A stretch of DNA of 64,000 nucleotides from Picochlorum sp. SENEW3 (GCA_034226945.1 CP120458.1:992001-1056000); one strand, 5' to 3'; shown: positions 33,725 through 45,544, counted from the first letter of the stretch. The notes: generated by a model from the sequence alone, not told the origin. Translations and numbers: made by a program.

Positions 33725-34762
33725 CTATTTTTCTGACGTAAAGAATTCATACTTGACAACGTGTCTATATTCATCTCCGGGCTCGTAGATAATGGATGGG
33801 AAATGAGGATGATGAACTGCATCTGGAAACCCTTGCGTCTCCAAACAACAACCAGAATGCTTGGTGTACACTGCCCCATCCTTCCCCGGAGGATGCGCCT
33901 CCAAGAAATTACCGGAATAAAACTGAACACCAGGCGCTGTGGTATACACCCGCATACCACGCCCGCTATCTGCGTGATACAAGACTGCTGCCAGTCTCAT
34001 TGTGCTTGCTCGATCATCATCCGTGGATGCAGACAGCACATAGTTGTGATCATACCCACCAGGAACTGAATCTATATCTTTGCCTATTCTTTTTGCAATC
34101 GTAAAATCCATTGCTGGATCCTTCTCAACCGACCGAACCTCTCCAGTGGGGATATGCTCGGCATCAACTGGGGTGTACTGCCTTGCCTCTTTCATTTCCA
34201 ACTCGTGATTCAAAAGGCAAGAGGGCCCAGCATCATGCCCACCCAAATTAAAATACCCATGGCTCGCCAGATTCAAAGGAGTTGCTGCTCCCGTTACAAT
34301 GCCAGTCATGGTTATCGTAAGGCTTGAACCATCCACAGCGAGCTCATAGTCTGCGCAAACATCAACATGTCCAGGAAACCCTTCTTCTCCATCGTTGGAA
34401 TGGTATTCAAACGTTGCATGACAATCACTCACACGCCGCCCCTTCCAAGCAACCCTATTAAACCCAGCATCACCCCCATGAAGGCAGTGTTTCCCATGAT
34501 CATTCAGAGCTACTCGATGCGTCCGTCCGTGTAGTTGAAATTCTCCGTGACCAATTCGATTCGCGACTCTACCAACGATTCCACCGAAATACGGTGTCTC
34601 TCCCCTTTGATAGAATTCTATGTCATCACATCCTAAAACAACATCTTGTATGGTTCCATTTCTGTCCGGTAGGAAGAGTTTTTGAATGGTTGCTCCAACA
34701 GCCAACAGGTCTACTCGGACACGTCCTGTTGTACTCTCCAAACGAATAATACAATCAGCCAT
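33725..34762 (-). CDS. GALM: Aldose 1-epimerase (galactose mutarotase)
   Basis: Motifs DVVLG, YFG.IVGRVANRI, LHGG, NLASHGYFNL, GGYDHNY, PGVQFYSGN and CLETQ.FPD. Confidence 0.95.
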   Translation of the reverse strand: MADCIIRLESTTGRVRVDLLAVGATIQKLFLPDRNGTIQDVVLGCDDIEFYQRGETPYFGGIVGRVANRIGHGEFQLHGRTHRVALNDHGKHCLHGGDAGFNRVAWKGRRVSDCHATFEYHSNDGEEGFPGHVDVCADYELAVDGSSLTITMTGIVTGAATPLNLASHGYFNLGGHDAGPSCLLNHELEMKEARQYTPVDAEHIPTGEVRSVEKDPAMDFTIAKRIGKDIDSVPGGYDHNYVLSASTDDDRASTMRLAAVLYHADSGRGMRVYTTAPGVQFYSGNFLEAHPPGKDGAVYTKHSGCCLETQGFPDAVHHPHFPSIIYEPGDEYRHVVKYEFFTSEK

Positions 34763-35037
34763 GATTTCCTTGGTACAATACCATGGTACAGATTTTTATA
34801 CTTTTGATAAAAGACCAGGGTACTGTGCATTTGCGTTCCTGGTGGAAATTTTCAACGACTAGAAATTTCTCGGATTGTTCAAACAGTGCATGGTCCATCT
34901 GGGATTGTGAGATTGTGGATGCAGAGAATACACATGTCGGTGCTCAACGCGTTTGAGTCATTTCGCATTTAACATTGGTATCCAAAGCCTATATATATAG
35001 AAGCTTTGAATATATTCCATGTACAGGAGGAGTAGTA

Positions 35038-35690
35038 TGAGTAGACTTATTCTGTGCTGGCTTGTGGTGGCATCAGGATGCATATCAGGACATGCCTTGT
35101 CCTTGTCGGGAAACAGAAAGCTCATGGGCCTTTTCGATGGGTGGACCAAGGATGTTTCAAAGCCAAGTTATACCAGGGAAACGACGTATCATGGCATTGG
35201 TGGTGACAAGACTGTGGAGAAGACTGCTGTGTATACAGGGTCAACCAAAGATGACAAGACTGGGGAGAAGACAAAGTACACAGCGACGGCGACTGGGTCT
35301 GCTTCAGGGGATGGAAGTACTACATCTGTATCTATTAGTAGTGATACTATTGATTGCAGAGATGAAATCGGGGATGCTCCTGCAGGGATAAATTGCTTGA
35401 AGACGGATGTGTCTGCTGTGGGCTCTGATTCTGTGGCTGCAACAATCAATCAGGATCAGGCGTATCAGGGACCCAAGGGAGACGCGACGGCGTCTGCTGA
35501 CGTTTCTGGATCATTAGATTCGGATGGGAGTGTTTTGAATAGCTTGGATGCATTTGCTATTACTGCGGCAACAGCAGATGAGAATGGGGGAGGGCTGGCT
35601 GCTGCTGGTGGCAATGTCACCTTTACTGGGGATGTGGCGAATTCGCAGGCGTCTATCGACAGCCAAACAACCGTGAACGGCGAAAGATGA
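35038..35690 (+). CDS. Secreted Ala/Ser/Thr/Gly/Asp-rich hypothetical protein
   Basis: Signal peptide MSRLILCWLVVASGCISGHA and a low-complexity alternating beta-type pattern. Confidence 0.65.
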
Positions 35691-36260
35691 TGGTGATGAT
35701 AATGATGATTTTGGGAGAAAATCCTTCGTGTATTTAAAGAAGACACTAATACACTGTAGTATGTATCTTCTTCTATTGTATTCAAGTTACCCGTCTAATC
35801 TATCTCTTATACATCAGCGTGCACGTGTGCTGTGTACATTTTCATTGCATGATTTAAATATAGATGAATATACATCTGCATTTCGCGAAGAGGATACTTT
35901 TTTCTTGTAAAAGTTCCCTTAAAAGTGTTCTGTTGCCTAATGCAGTCTGCAGCAGGCATTTCCTTCTTCCTTGTCAAACCCCATCATCTATCTGGTTTGG
36001 GCATTCGTTTCCGAAACACAAAAATTGCTTTTCTTCGGCAGCAAATAAAATAAATGATAGATTCTAAATCAGGAAAGCCTGAATAATTCGGATGATACCT
36101 CTGTACGCCCAATAAAAAAGTACAATACACGTCAGCAACAGTTACTCATCAGTTTCTCACGATGGATATCCCGGGGGTCCCTCGTATCTGCTATCTCAAA
36201 TAAGAGTTTTGCACATTGCACAATACCATTGTATCTATTTAAATACTTTTGCAAAGTGAA

Positions 36261-37367
36261 ATGGATACTGTCTCCCCAAAAATCGTTACTGTGTGTAAAG
36301 GCGTTGGCGGTTCGCGCGTCAAGCTGGAAGGAGTTGAATCCGTACGTCTTTAATGCACCGCATGTGCTTGCCCTGCCCTGTTGGGGGTGTTATAGGTTCA
36401 AAAGTATTCTAAAAGATGCCTTCTTTGTGTATATTTGCAGATACATCTAGCGCCAAGTTCGCCCAAGGGACCTCTGGATGACGTGGTGTCCAAGATTGCT
36501 CCCCTGTTGTCTAGAGAGAGCAGTATTGTCAATGTGGTCTTTGTGTATGATCCAAACGTCATTGTTGTATCCCACACGTGCCAAATTCCAAGAAAAAGTA
36601 TCAATAAAGTGAGGCTATCGTTCTCGTTGCCGTATCAGGTGTGTCGGGAAAATATCTCAAAGATTGATGCATTTGCCTTTCCTCTGGAGATCCAAGGTAT
36701 TTGGGTCTGTGTTTTTACAAGGCTGGATACCTCTCTCTTATACTTGTGTCCTGAAAAGTGTATGAAAGTTAAAATTAGCATCAGGCATCAAAAGAAACAA
36801 GGCAGTGTCGAACTGTCTTCAATTTCACAGCAATTCCTCCTTGGGAGGCAAGCAAGGGCATCTGCACAGGAATTATCAACAATTGGATCCCCCAAGTCCG
36901 ATACTCCGACACAACCTTCAATGTCTACAACAGCGTTGAACGAATGGATAGGAATGCTGGACGACAATGATTTGTTGTTTGCTCAACCCATGGACAGTGA
37001 CCTGTCCTCACAGATGCCAGAAGCAACCACAGGGCACACACCAAATCCTCATCAGACTTATTGGAAAGGGATTGTATCAGATGCCAAGGCACTATTGCCT
37101 AAAAGTGGTTGTAGTATACACGATATTCGTCAGATTTTTGATCTTTTGTTTGCGGTGTTCGGTTCTTCTGACGAATACTATGGAATCGGGAAAGGACAAT
37201 TGGTGACTACCAAATACATCTTGACCATGGTATCGGATGATGTTAGGCCATATCTTGCCATGGATATGTTGGAGGCCTTGGAGTCTGGGCCAGATGCATT
37301 GCGGATATGGACTGATGTGACACTGAAATGCCTAAGCACCTATGCTGCATCAAAATCTGGACATTGA
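36261..37367 (+). CDS. Orphan hypothetical protein; 2 exons
   Basis: Exon 1 MDTVSPK..GVES splices (gtacgt..ttgcag, phase 0) into the 310-aa ORF 36435..37367. No family recognised. Confidence 0.55.
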
Positions 37368-38738
37368 CTGGAACATTGTTATACAAAGCTGTGAATTGAA
37401 GGCGATGATGAATTTTTTTTCATGTTTCCCTTTGTATTTTGATATGATAGATTGAAGAATGAATGAACTGGCTATGCGGTTGCTGCAAGATTTTTACGAT
37501 ATGTTCTGAGTCTATGCGAGTTTTTTTTTCTACACACGTAGGTTTTTAAGGTTGGATATTTTTATGGAAGTGTGCACTGACAATGCCCTGTGTAAAAATC
37601 TCGAACTTTACGAAAGCTTTGACCCAGAAATAAAATTGAAACAAAATATTGCACTAGAAAAGACGCATCTTTTCCAGCTACTAGCAATTTACCAGGACAA
37701 CCAATGGTTCCATGGTGATTATATATATCACAGGTTTCACTATCAATGTATTACACTTGAAAATGGAAATATTGTTGATCAATATACAGATCTAATTCAT
37801 TCTATATAATTCTGTGCCTCACTCAGTCTTGGAGGATTGCCCGTACCAATGTGACCCATTTATTATCTGAAAAACGAGAGACACCGGATGTACAAGGTTG
37901 ATCTTGTGTAGAATGCGTTATTGAACAGCTCAGGACGGATTCCTTCATCTCCACATGAGGAAATATCACTGCTGTTCAAGTTCCGCTACTCTCCTTGACT
38001 GGCGAAACAGACAGGTTGTGACATCTCCGTTGTTTGTCGCAACATATTCCTCAGTTCAATTCTCAGAATCATTTTTTCATATTTTAGCACAAAATATTTG
38101 ATATGTGTAATAATCATGGGTTATCCAGAATTTAGAAAAAGCCCGAAAAAGCTTCGCAGAATAGATGTACAGCCTGTACCGGTAGTTCGTCACTGCGTAG
38201 ACACGATCTCAGCAACATTATCGTTTTCCTTTCCATATTCAGGGTTTGCTATTCTTAGTGACAATTTTTTGGATAAGAATATAGCCTACCAATGGATAGA
38301 ATGGACTACGCGTGTGAGCGAATCGCCAAATGCATTTCGCGCATGGCCCCCGAGGCGCCTAGGACTGCTGACGCAACAGTAGCCCACATCTGTGTCCCGA
38401 TCAAATATGGCTGCGATGGGAGTAAAAGACCAAAGGCGACGCTGACGTGTGCAATCATCGCGCTGCGCACAAACTCTTGCATTCCTCCGCGAAATGAATA
38501 CGTGTGAAAGTCGTATTCGTACCCACTAGTATAAATTGAGGCAAATTTTCTCGATTACAGGCACGAAGACTTGCTTACCGAGGCAGTGCTCCAGGTAGTG
38601 TTCGAAAGGAGTCAAAGGTGCGCCTGTGTGTGTTAATGCTTTCTCATGTGCACAGCAGATTTGCGTCCTATCGTTGAACCCATGTGCTATTGCCTTGGCT
38701 TCAGGTCTTTCAGTAATTAGAGTCCAAAGAAAGCAGCC

Positions 38739-41699
38739 ATGGATTTCAGGCATTTGGCTTGGGTAACCTTGCTAACATTGTTCACAGTATCAGTGGCCAC
38801 ACCAGATGGTGGAAGTGCCAGGCGTCGACACTTCAGGCATCGACTCAGGAGATTCGCTCTATCACGAATGCCGAAGCAGTATGGAATGTTTCCGATGTCA
38901 CCAGAGCTTCAGCCACAAGAAGCGCTGCCATCGCCAAAGCCGTATGGAGTATTTCCAACGCCACCAGGATCAGAGATCCAGCCACAAGAAGTGCTGCCTC
39001 AATGCAAGGATGCTGGTGATGAGTGCACTAGCGATGCAGAGTGCTGCCCTGCTCTAACAGGATTGATGTGCTTGGAGAATACAGTCATAGTTGATGGGAT
39101 CTCGTATCAAGTATATCAATGTCTTCCTCCACCGGAACCGCAGCCAGAGCCTTTGCCACAGCCAGAGATGTCGCCAGAGCCTTTGCCACAGCCAGGGATG
39201 TCGCCAGAGCCACAGCCACAGCCAGGGATGTCGCCAGAGCCGCAGCCACAAGAAATCCCTCCTGAATGTAAGGATAGGGGTGACATATGCAGTAACGATG
39301 AGGAATGCTGCCCCCTACTCTCTGGTTTATTCTGCCTGGAGTCCATTGTCATAGTCGATGGAGTTGCGCAGTCAGTATTTCAATGCCAGCCTCTGCCGGA
39401 GTCGCAGCCTCTGCCATCACCGCAGGCACAGCCATCACCACAGCCATTGCCACAGCCATTGCCACAGCCATTGCCACAGCCATTGCCACAGCCATTGCCA
39501 CAGCCATTGCCACAGCCATTGCCACAACCATCACCACAGCCATTGCCACAGCCATCACCACAGCCATCACCACAGCCATCACCACAGCCATCACCACAGC
39601 CATCACCACAGCCATCACCACAGCCATCACCACAGCCATCACCACAGCCATCACCACAGCCATCACCACAGCCACCCCCTCAACCACAAGAGATTCCTCC
39701 GCAATGCAAGATTGCTGGCGAACAATGCATCAACGATGAAGAATGCTGCCCTTTAATATCTGGATTGCTGTGCTTGGAAACCACTGTCACCATCGAGGGG
39801 GTCCCACGGAGAGTATTCCAATGCCTCCCAGAAACACCGTCAGTTGAACCGTCACCATCTCCTGAGCCATCTCCTGAGCTGTCACCATCTCCTGAGCCAT
39901 CACCATCTCCTGAGCCATCGCCATCTCCTGAGCCGTCACCACCGCCGTTGCCAATTTTCGTTCCCCAGCCACTGTCATCGCCATCTCCTGTTCCATCGCC
40001 GGGCCCGGTGCCAGTGCCGGTGCCAGTGCCGGTGCCAGTGCCATCGCCGCCACCACCACCACCACCACCACCACCACCAAGTTCAAATTGCACTGACATT
40101 CCTGGTGGGGAATGTAAGAGTGACTGCGGAGGAAACTATACCCCAGCAGATGTTGATACTTACGGCTGTGCCTCAGATGAACAGTGCTGTGTACCCAATG
40201 GCGACTGCACTGCTGGAGACATATCTGGGACATGCAGGCAGTCGTGTCAGCAAGACGAGGTTCCTGCTGATACCGATTTCGACGGCTGTCTCACAGAGCA
40301 ACAGTGCTGTCTACCCCTAACAGCTTGCTCTGACATTCCTGGTGGGGAATGTAAGAGTGACTGCGGAGGAAACTATACCCCAGCAGATGTTGATACTTAC
40401 GGCTGTGCCTCAGATGAACAGTGCTGTGTACCCAATGGCGACTGCACTGCTGGAGACATATCTGGGACATGCAGGCAGTCGTGTCAGCAAGACGAGGTTC
40501 CTGCTGATACCGATTTCGACGGCTGTCTCGCAGAGCAACAGTGCTGTCTACCCCTAACAGCTTGCTCTGACATTCCTGGTGGGGAATGTAAGAGTGACTG
40601 CGGAGGAAACTATACCCCAGCAGATGTTGATACTTACGGCTGTGCCTCAGATGAACAGTGCTGTGTACCCAATGGCGACTGCACTGCTGGAGACATATCT
40701 GGGACATGCAGGCAGTCGTGTCAGCAAGACGAGGTTCCTGCTGATACCGATTTTGACGGCTGTCTCACAGAGCAACAGTGCTGTCTACCCCTAACAGCTT
40801 GCTCTGACATTCCTGGTGGGGAATGTAAGAGTGACTGCGGAGGAAACTATACCCCAGCAGATGTTGATACTTACGGCTGTGCCTCAGATGAACAGTGCTG
40901 TGTACCCAATGGCGACTGCACTGCTGGAGACATATCTGGGACATGCAGGCAGTCGTGTCAGCAAGACGAGGTTCCTGCTGATACCGATTTTGACGGCTGT
41001 CTCGCAGAGCAACAGTGCTGTCTACCCCTAACAGCTTGCTCTGACATTCCTGGTGGGGAATGTAAGAGTGACTGCGGAGGAAACTATACCCCAGCAGATG
41101 TTGATACTTACGGCTGTGCCTCAGATGAACAGTGCTGTGTACCCAATGGCGACTGCACTGCTGGAGACATATCTGGGACATGCAGGCAGTCGTGTCAGCA
41201 AGACGAGGTTCCTGCTGATACCGATTTCGACGGCTGTCTCGCAGAGCAACAGTGCTGTCTACCCCTAACAGCTTGCTCTGACATTCCTGGTGGGGAATGT
41301 AAGAGTGACTGCGGAGGAAACTATACCCCAGCAGATGTTGATACTTACGGCTGTGCCTCAGATGAACAGTGCTGTGTACCCAATGGCGACTGCACTGCTG
41401 GAGACATATCTGGGACATGCAGGCAGTCGTGTCAGCAAGACGAGGTTCCTGCTGATACCGATTTCGACGGCTGTCTCACAGAGCAACAGTGCTGTGTAGA
41501 GAAAGTTGGGCTGTGTGGTGAGCCAAAACAAGCTTGCCAAAATGAATACGGAAGCACGGCAGGGTGCGAGTGCCGTCCCAAAGTCAACGGGTCGGGTGAA
41601 GGTTGCGATAACAGTGTGGAGAGGCAGTGCACACAAGTGAACACCGATTATCAGTGTACCTGCGTCTCCCTTCCAACAACAAACCGCCTGTATGCATAA
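38739..41699 (+). CDS. Secreted Pro-rich (HRGP-like) and Cys-rich tandem-module protein
   Basis: Signal peptide, three C-x6-C-x5-CC knottin-like modules, (PQPL)n/(PQPS)n/(SPSPEP)n/polyPro linkers and six 79-aa Cys-rich repeats. Confidence 0.85.
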   Translation: MDFRHLAWVTLLTLFTVSVATPDGGSARRRHFRHRLRRFALSRMPKQYGMFPMSPELQPQEALPSPKPYGVFPTPPGSEIQPQEVLPQCKDAGDECTSDAECCPALTGLMCLENTVIVDGISYQVYQCLPPPEPQPEPLPQPEMSPEPLPQPGMSPEPQPQPGMSPEPQPQEIPPECKDRGDICSNDEECCPLLSGLFCLESIVIVDGVAQSVFQCQPLPESQPLPSPQAQPSPQPLPQPLPQPLPQPLPQPLPQPLPQPLPQPSPQPLPQPSPQPSPQPSPQPSPQPSPQPSPQPSPQPSPQPSPQPSPQPPPQPQEIPPQCKIAGEQCINDEECCPLISGLLCLETTVTIEGVPRRVFQCLPETPSVEPSPSPEPSPELSPSPEPSPSPEPSPSPEPSPPPLPIFVPQPLSSPSPVPSPGPVPVPVPVPVPVPSPPPPPPPPPPPSSNCTDIPGGECKSDCGGNYTPADVDTYGCASDEQCCVPNGDCTAGDISGTCRQSCQQDEVPADTDFDGCLTEQQCCLPLTACSDIPGGECKSDCGGNYTPADVDTYGCASDEQCCVPNGDCTAGDISGTCRQSCQQDEVPADTDFDGCLAEQQCCLPLTACSDIPGGECKSDCGGNYTPADVDTYGCASDEQCCVPNGDCTAGDISGTCRQSCQQDEVPADTDFDGCLTEQQCCLPLTACSDIPGGECKSDCGGNYTPADVDTYGCASDEQCCVPNGDCTAGDISGTCRQSCQQDEVPADTDFDGCLAEQQCCLPLTACSDIPGGECKSDCGGNYTPADVDTYGCASDEQCCVPNGDCTAGDISGTCRQSCQQDEVPADTDFDGCLAEQQCCLPLTACSDIPGGECKSDCGGNYTPADVDTYGCASDEQCCVPNGDCTAGDISGTCRQSCQQDEVPADTDFDGCLTEQQCCVEKVGLCGEPKQACQNEYGSTAGCECRPKVNGSGEGCDNSVERQCTQVNTDYQCTCVSLPTTNRLYA
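39425..39675 (+). repeat. 12-bp tandem repeat (CCACAGCCATTG / CCACAGCCATCA) encoding PQPL/PQPS
   Basis: About 20 units visible directly in the sequence. Confidence 0.95.
39848..40079 (+). repeat. Pro-rich coding repeats (18-bp SPSPEP, 6-bp PV, CCA triplets)
   Basis: tcaccatctcctgagcca units, gtgcca/gtgccg units and a (cca)n run. Confidence 0.9.
40093..41495 (+). repeat. 237-bp near-perfect tandem array, about 6 copies (79 aa each)
   Basis: Unit starts at 40093, 40330, 40567, 40804, 41041 and 41278. Only two variable sites were seen. Confidence 0.98.
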
Positions 41700-41965
41700 C
41701 TATCACACCATATAGTAATTATTTAGTTACTATATAATATATATAGTAGCCGGATGCGTGCCTGGTTCAAGGCGTCGTCCTCACTGCACCGTGTGTCCGG
41801 TCAACACAGCAATGTGATGGTGGGCAACCATCTATGGAGAACCTGTATCGATACAAATGCATGCTTAGAGTTCTCGTGTACAATACTTTTTTTTGCATGT
41901 AAAGTTTCAAACTTTTTTTTACGTATTTATGTCTTACCAAATAATTGTTCATGGACGGCAACAAG

Positions 41966-43954
41966 ATGAAAAAGCGGGTGACGAATATTTTCACTCTCCT
42001 CTGTGTGACCCTCACCCTTGTGGTGACAGCCGTTGGGGGGCAGGAGGGAGCTGACTGGTCTTGTGGTACACAATCTACCAATGAAGCGGTTCAGTCAATT
42101 TTATCTGCACAGCGACAAGTATATGGCAGGGCCATGCATGAAATCAGCAATTCCACAGAAAGAACATTGGCGACAAGCAGAGCAAGCTTTCCTCGAGATG
42201 TAAAGATTAAAGTGCGAGTCGTGAATTGTGCTGGAAATGCATTCAAGGGATTTACAAGATCTTTAAGAAAGATGAACGACGGCTTTGACGCGACAAAAAT
42301 TGGTTTTCGCCTCGATAAGGTCGTTGAATGCCCAGGCAATGAAGCAAGACAGCTGGATAAACACTGCACCGATGCTTTCTCTAAAAACAACAAATGCCCT
42401 GATGTGCTCAGGTCTATATCACGACGAGTGGGATATGACCGAGGAATTTTGATCATTGTCATTGATATACCAGCTTATCGGGTGCTCGGTCTGGCAGACC
42501 TTGGGCTCATGCCAAAGGACCCATGGGTCATGGTTCAAGCAACAACCCTCCCTGATGTTTCAAGGACAGTATCAAAATCTGTGCAGATTGAGAACAACGG
42601 ATATACGTTGATACATGAGGTGGGGCATGCATTTGGATTGCTTCATACTTTTGAGAACGGCTGCAAATCTCCAGGTGACTATATTCCAGACACACCATAT
42701 CAGTCGACTGCATTGTCCAGAACACCAGAGTTCCTGCGAACGCTGCAGTGTTGTGTTTTGCACCCTACAAACCAATGTGCTCCTCCATCTACATGTGAGA
42801 ATGAGTCGGGAAACAATTTTGATAATTTCATGGACTATAGTCCGGATTCGTGCAAGAAGAGGTTCACGCCAGATCAAATTGCAGTCATGCATGCCACATT
42901 GCTTGCTCGAAGACCAGAATGGCTTAAAAAATCGAAGAAGAAGAAATCGCTTCGGGATATTGCCGTTTCAGAGGAGGTCGGAGAGACTTCAAAGACAATT
43001 CAAGGAGCATTCATCAGGAGTGAGGATAATAATGTTGACTTGGAACACGTTCAGGGTTGCCCTGTTGACAGCCTCTGGAAAAACGGTTACAAGAGGGGTG
43101 GCCCTGGCGTCTTAGGGCAGCCCCAACATGCTGCATACCACCTCGATATTCCAAGCTCTTCGTCTACATTACAAATAAGCCAATGCCAGTCTTCAGGCGA
43201 GGAAGCAACGGTTTCGTTGACATATCTTGAGTGTGAAGAGGGTTCCGTGTGCACCTGCCAAATGCTCCAATGTGGTCCAGAGACGGAGTCCGAGTTGAAG
43301 ATGAAAACTTCTCGTGTTCTTGGAGAGGGTCAGGGGAAAGACAGATACCTCATTGTGTCGAACACTGCACGGTTGGGGGACAATGTCACCTTCAGCCTGG
43401 ATGCTCGTGTTGACTTGGACCAAACTCAATCTCCACAAAATGTTTCCACTCCTTCTCCTGTCAAGAAAACAAAGCAGTGCTTGTATAGTGGTTCATATAA
43501 AATTTATGTGCCACGTGGTGCATGCAAGTATAAATATCTGTCAACACGTGCAGATTGTGGAGCAACAACAGTGAGACTCAGGTCAAGAAAGCAATTGAAA
43601 AATGCTATGTCAGCAGCTTACTGGAATATACAAAGAAACTCCTCGATGGACAAACAAATGAGTAATTCATCTACCTTACGAAATCATGGGCGAACGAATT
43701 GCCCTTCAAAATATTTGGCTGCGCCAAAGTCCTCTCCTTCTATTGGTGGCAAGACATGGACATGGCGCATTATTCCTGTCAGCAACAAATCCTGCAAAAA
43801 GGTCAGATTGGTTGTAGATAACGGACTTCAAAAGAATCAATATGTGAGCGTAAGCCAAACCTGTGGCTTGGTATTCTCAAAGAGCAAGGCATCAAGTCAG
43901 ATCTTTGGAGTGAAAGACAGAGATGGCAAGGTACCCAAGCCAGTCCTCATGTGA
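41966..43954 (+). CDS. Secreted M43 (pappalysin/ulilysin-like) zinc metalloprotease with C-terminal extensions
   Basis: Signal peptide, CGT cysteine-switch-like motif, HEVGHAFGLLHTF, GDYIPDTP and Met-turn NFMDYS..C..FT.DQ..M. Confidence 0.9.
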   Translation: MKKRVTNIFTLLCVTLTLVVTAVGGQEGADWSCGTQSTNEAVQSILSAQRQVYGRAMHEISNSTERTLATSRASFPRDVKIKVRVVNCAGNAFKGFTRSLRKMNDGFDATKIGFRLDKVVECPGNEARQLDKHCTDAFSKNNKCPDVLRSISRRVGYDRGILIIVIDIPAYRVLGLADLGLMPKDPWVMVQATTLPDVSRTVSKSVQIENNGYTLIHEVGHAFGLLHTFENGCKSPGDYIPDTPYQSTALSRTPEFLRTLQCCVLHPTNQCAPPSTCENESGNNFDNFMDYSPDSCKKRFTPDQIAVMHATLLARRPEWLKKSKKKKSLRDIAVSEEVGETSKTIQGAFIRSEDNNVDLEHVQGCPVDSLWKNGYKRGGPGVLGQPQHAAYHLDIPSSSSTLQISQCQSSGEEATVSLTYLECEEGSVCTCQMLQCGPETESELKMKTSRVLGEGQGKDRYLIVSNTARLGDNVTFSLDARVDLDQTQSPQNVSTPSPVKKTKQCLYSGSYKIYVPRGACKYKYLSTRADCGATTVRLRSRKQLKNAMSAAYWNIQRNSSMDKQMSNSSTLRNHGRTNCPSKYLAAPKSSPSIGGKTWTWRIIPVSNKSCKKVRLVVDNGLQKNQYVSVSQTCGLVFSKSKASSQIFGVKDRDGKVPKPVLM

Positions 43955-44845
43955 TTGTGTCCAGATGGATATAATGCAATAATTCTACCAGTATACTATC
44001 CATGGGCGTTCTCTGTTCAGGGTCCCGCTCATCTTTTTTACTCCAAGATTGCAGTCATCTCTGGAAGAAAAGGTGTCTTGCAAATTTGATGCAAATTTCT
44101 GTGGAGCCAAAATCTCCTCAGTACGAATACATGATGTTCTGTTTTTTCCATTTCGAAAGTATACTCGGAATCAATCAAGAAAACTTCCTCAAATCTTTTC
44201 TGTTTCTCTGTTTCAAATTAATGTTCAGGATAATTTCAGTCTCAGACTGACAAGTTTGTTTACTAATTTACTTGTTTATTTATTTATTTATTTATTTATG
44301 ACTATTTTAATATCAAGCTATTATTATACAGCAGTTTCCTATAAACTGATATAGAAAACTGACCAAGGATTCAGATGAATGACCATAAAGTGATGTCAGC
44401 AAGACTCTGCATGCTGACAAGATGGCAAGCCTTGTCCAACAGCATCTCTGCCTCGTACCCTGCATGGAGATCGGGTCAAAAATTACTGATCTAAAACACT
44501 TTCAAATTCCATCCGTACACTGACGACCTTGTATATACAAAATCTTTCTGGAAAGTACCAGATCAATGGCAGCAAGTCAGGGCTTCCTTCCCTGCAGAAT
44601 AGTATACTATCTAGTTGATTGATTGCAACAAATGCTTGCTTCTATCATTGGTCAGGTGTTTTCAAGAGGAGACACGCCTATGTATAGGCGTAGCTACTCG
44701 TATATACGAGCATATATATGCCACATGCATGCTGCAGAGTGTATCCAGGTAAATCCTCTACAATGAGACGATCAGAGAAAAAAATCAGTGGCAGAATTGA
44801 TCGATCGATCCCCATTATTATAATTTTTAATAATTTTTTGTAGCC

Positions 44846-45544
44846 ATGATTACCATACGAACGCATCAGGTGAAGAGGATTGCCCACAAGGAGTCTCCAT
44901 TCGCTCCACATGGACATGTGAGTCAAAGGAGAGCTACTCGGATATTCTCATCGGTTAAGAAGGGGAATGGATCAATGAATACCACATCAGATATTAATTT
45001 GAGGAGAAAAGAGGTGCTCCAGGCTGGGATGGCGTTGTTGATGTGGCAAACAGTTGGATGGGATGCTGAGGCAGCAATGCCTCCAGGATTCAAAAAGGAT
45101 TTGACCAACAAGCGTCGCACTCGAGAGACAGTAGACCCATCTCTTTTCAAGGATGGCCTAAATGGATTGAAGTATTATGATGTAATTGTTGGAGATGGTG
45201 AAGAAGCACGGGAGGGGTCGAGGGTGGTGGTGCACTTTGATGCCAAGTATAGGGGAATCACGTTTGTCACTTCCAGGGTTGGTCAAGGTGTTGCAGGAGG
45301 TCAGCCTTTTGGCTTTGATGTAGGATCCAAGCCTGGACAGGGAGGTACATTGCGAGGTTTAGATCTGGGTGTTCGAGGGATGAGGATCGGGGGACAAAGG
45401 AAGCTGATTGTTCCTCCTGAACTTGCGTATGGATCCAAGGGATTCGGAGAGATTCCGCCGAATGCAGAGCTCATCATTGATGTACAATTGCTCAGCATCA
45501 AGACAAGTGCAATCGGTACACAGGTAAAGCTAGTTGAGGGTTGA
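44846..45544 (+). CDS. FKBP16-4: Thylakoid-lumen FKBP-type PPIase (FKBP16-4-like)
   Basis: RR twin-arginine signal with AEA cleavage site; GLKYYD..VG.G, GITF.TSR, GLDLGV.GMR.GGQR.LIVPPELAY; ends VKLVEG. Confidence 0.85.
   Translation: MITIRTHQVKRIAHKESPFAPHGHVSQRRATRIFSSVKKGNGSMNTTSDINLRRKEVLQAGMALLMWQTVGWDAEAAMPPGFKKDLTNKRRTRETVDPSLFKDGLNGLKYYDVIVGDGEEAREGSRVVVHFDAKYRGITFVTSRVGQGVAGGQPFGFDVGSKPGQGGTLRGLDLGVRGMRIGGQRKLIVPPELAYGSKGFGEIPPNAELIIDVQLLSIKTSAIGTQVKLVEG

Noticed and set aside
37400..38730. Short ORFs (37552..37809, 38292..38507, 38526..38753) or a transposon remnant
   Set aside because: No recognisable domain, terminal inverted repeat or target-site duplication was seen; treated as intergenic.
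39305..40320. Poly-His, TAIT, MAVV and GDG ORFs in alternative frames
   Set aside because: They are shadow translations of the Pro-rich repeats in ORF 38739..41699.
40093..41495. Regular repeat array as possible CRISPR or satellite
   Set aside because: There are no unique spacers; the units are in-frame 79-codon repeats within a signal-peptide-bearing ORF.
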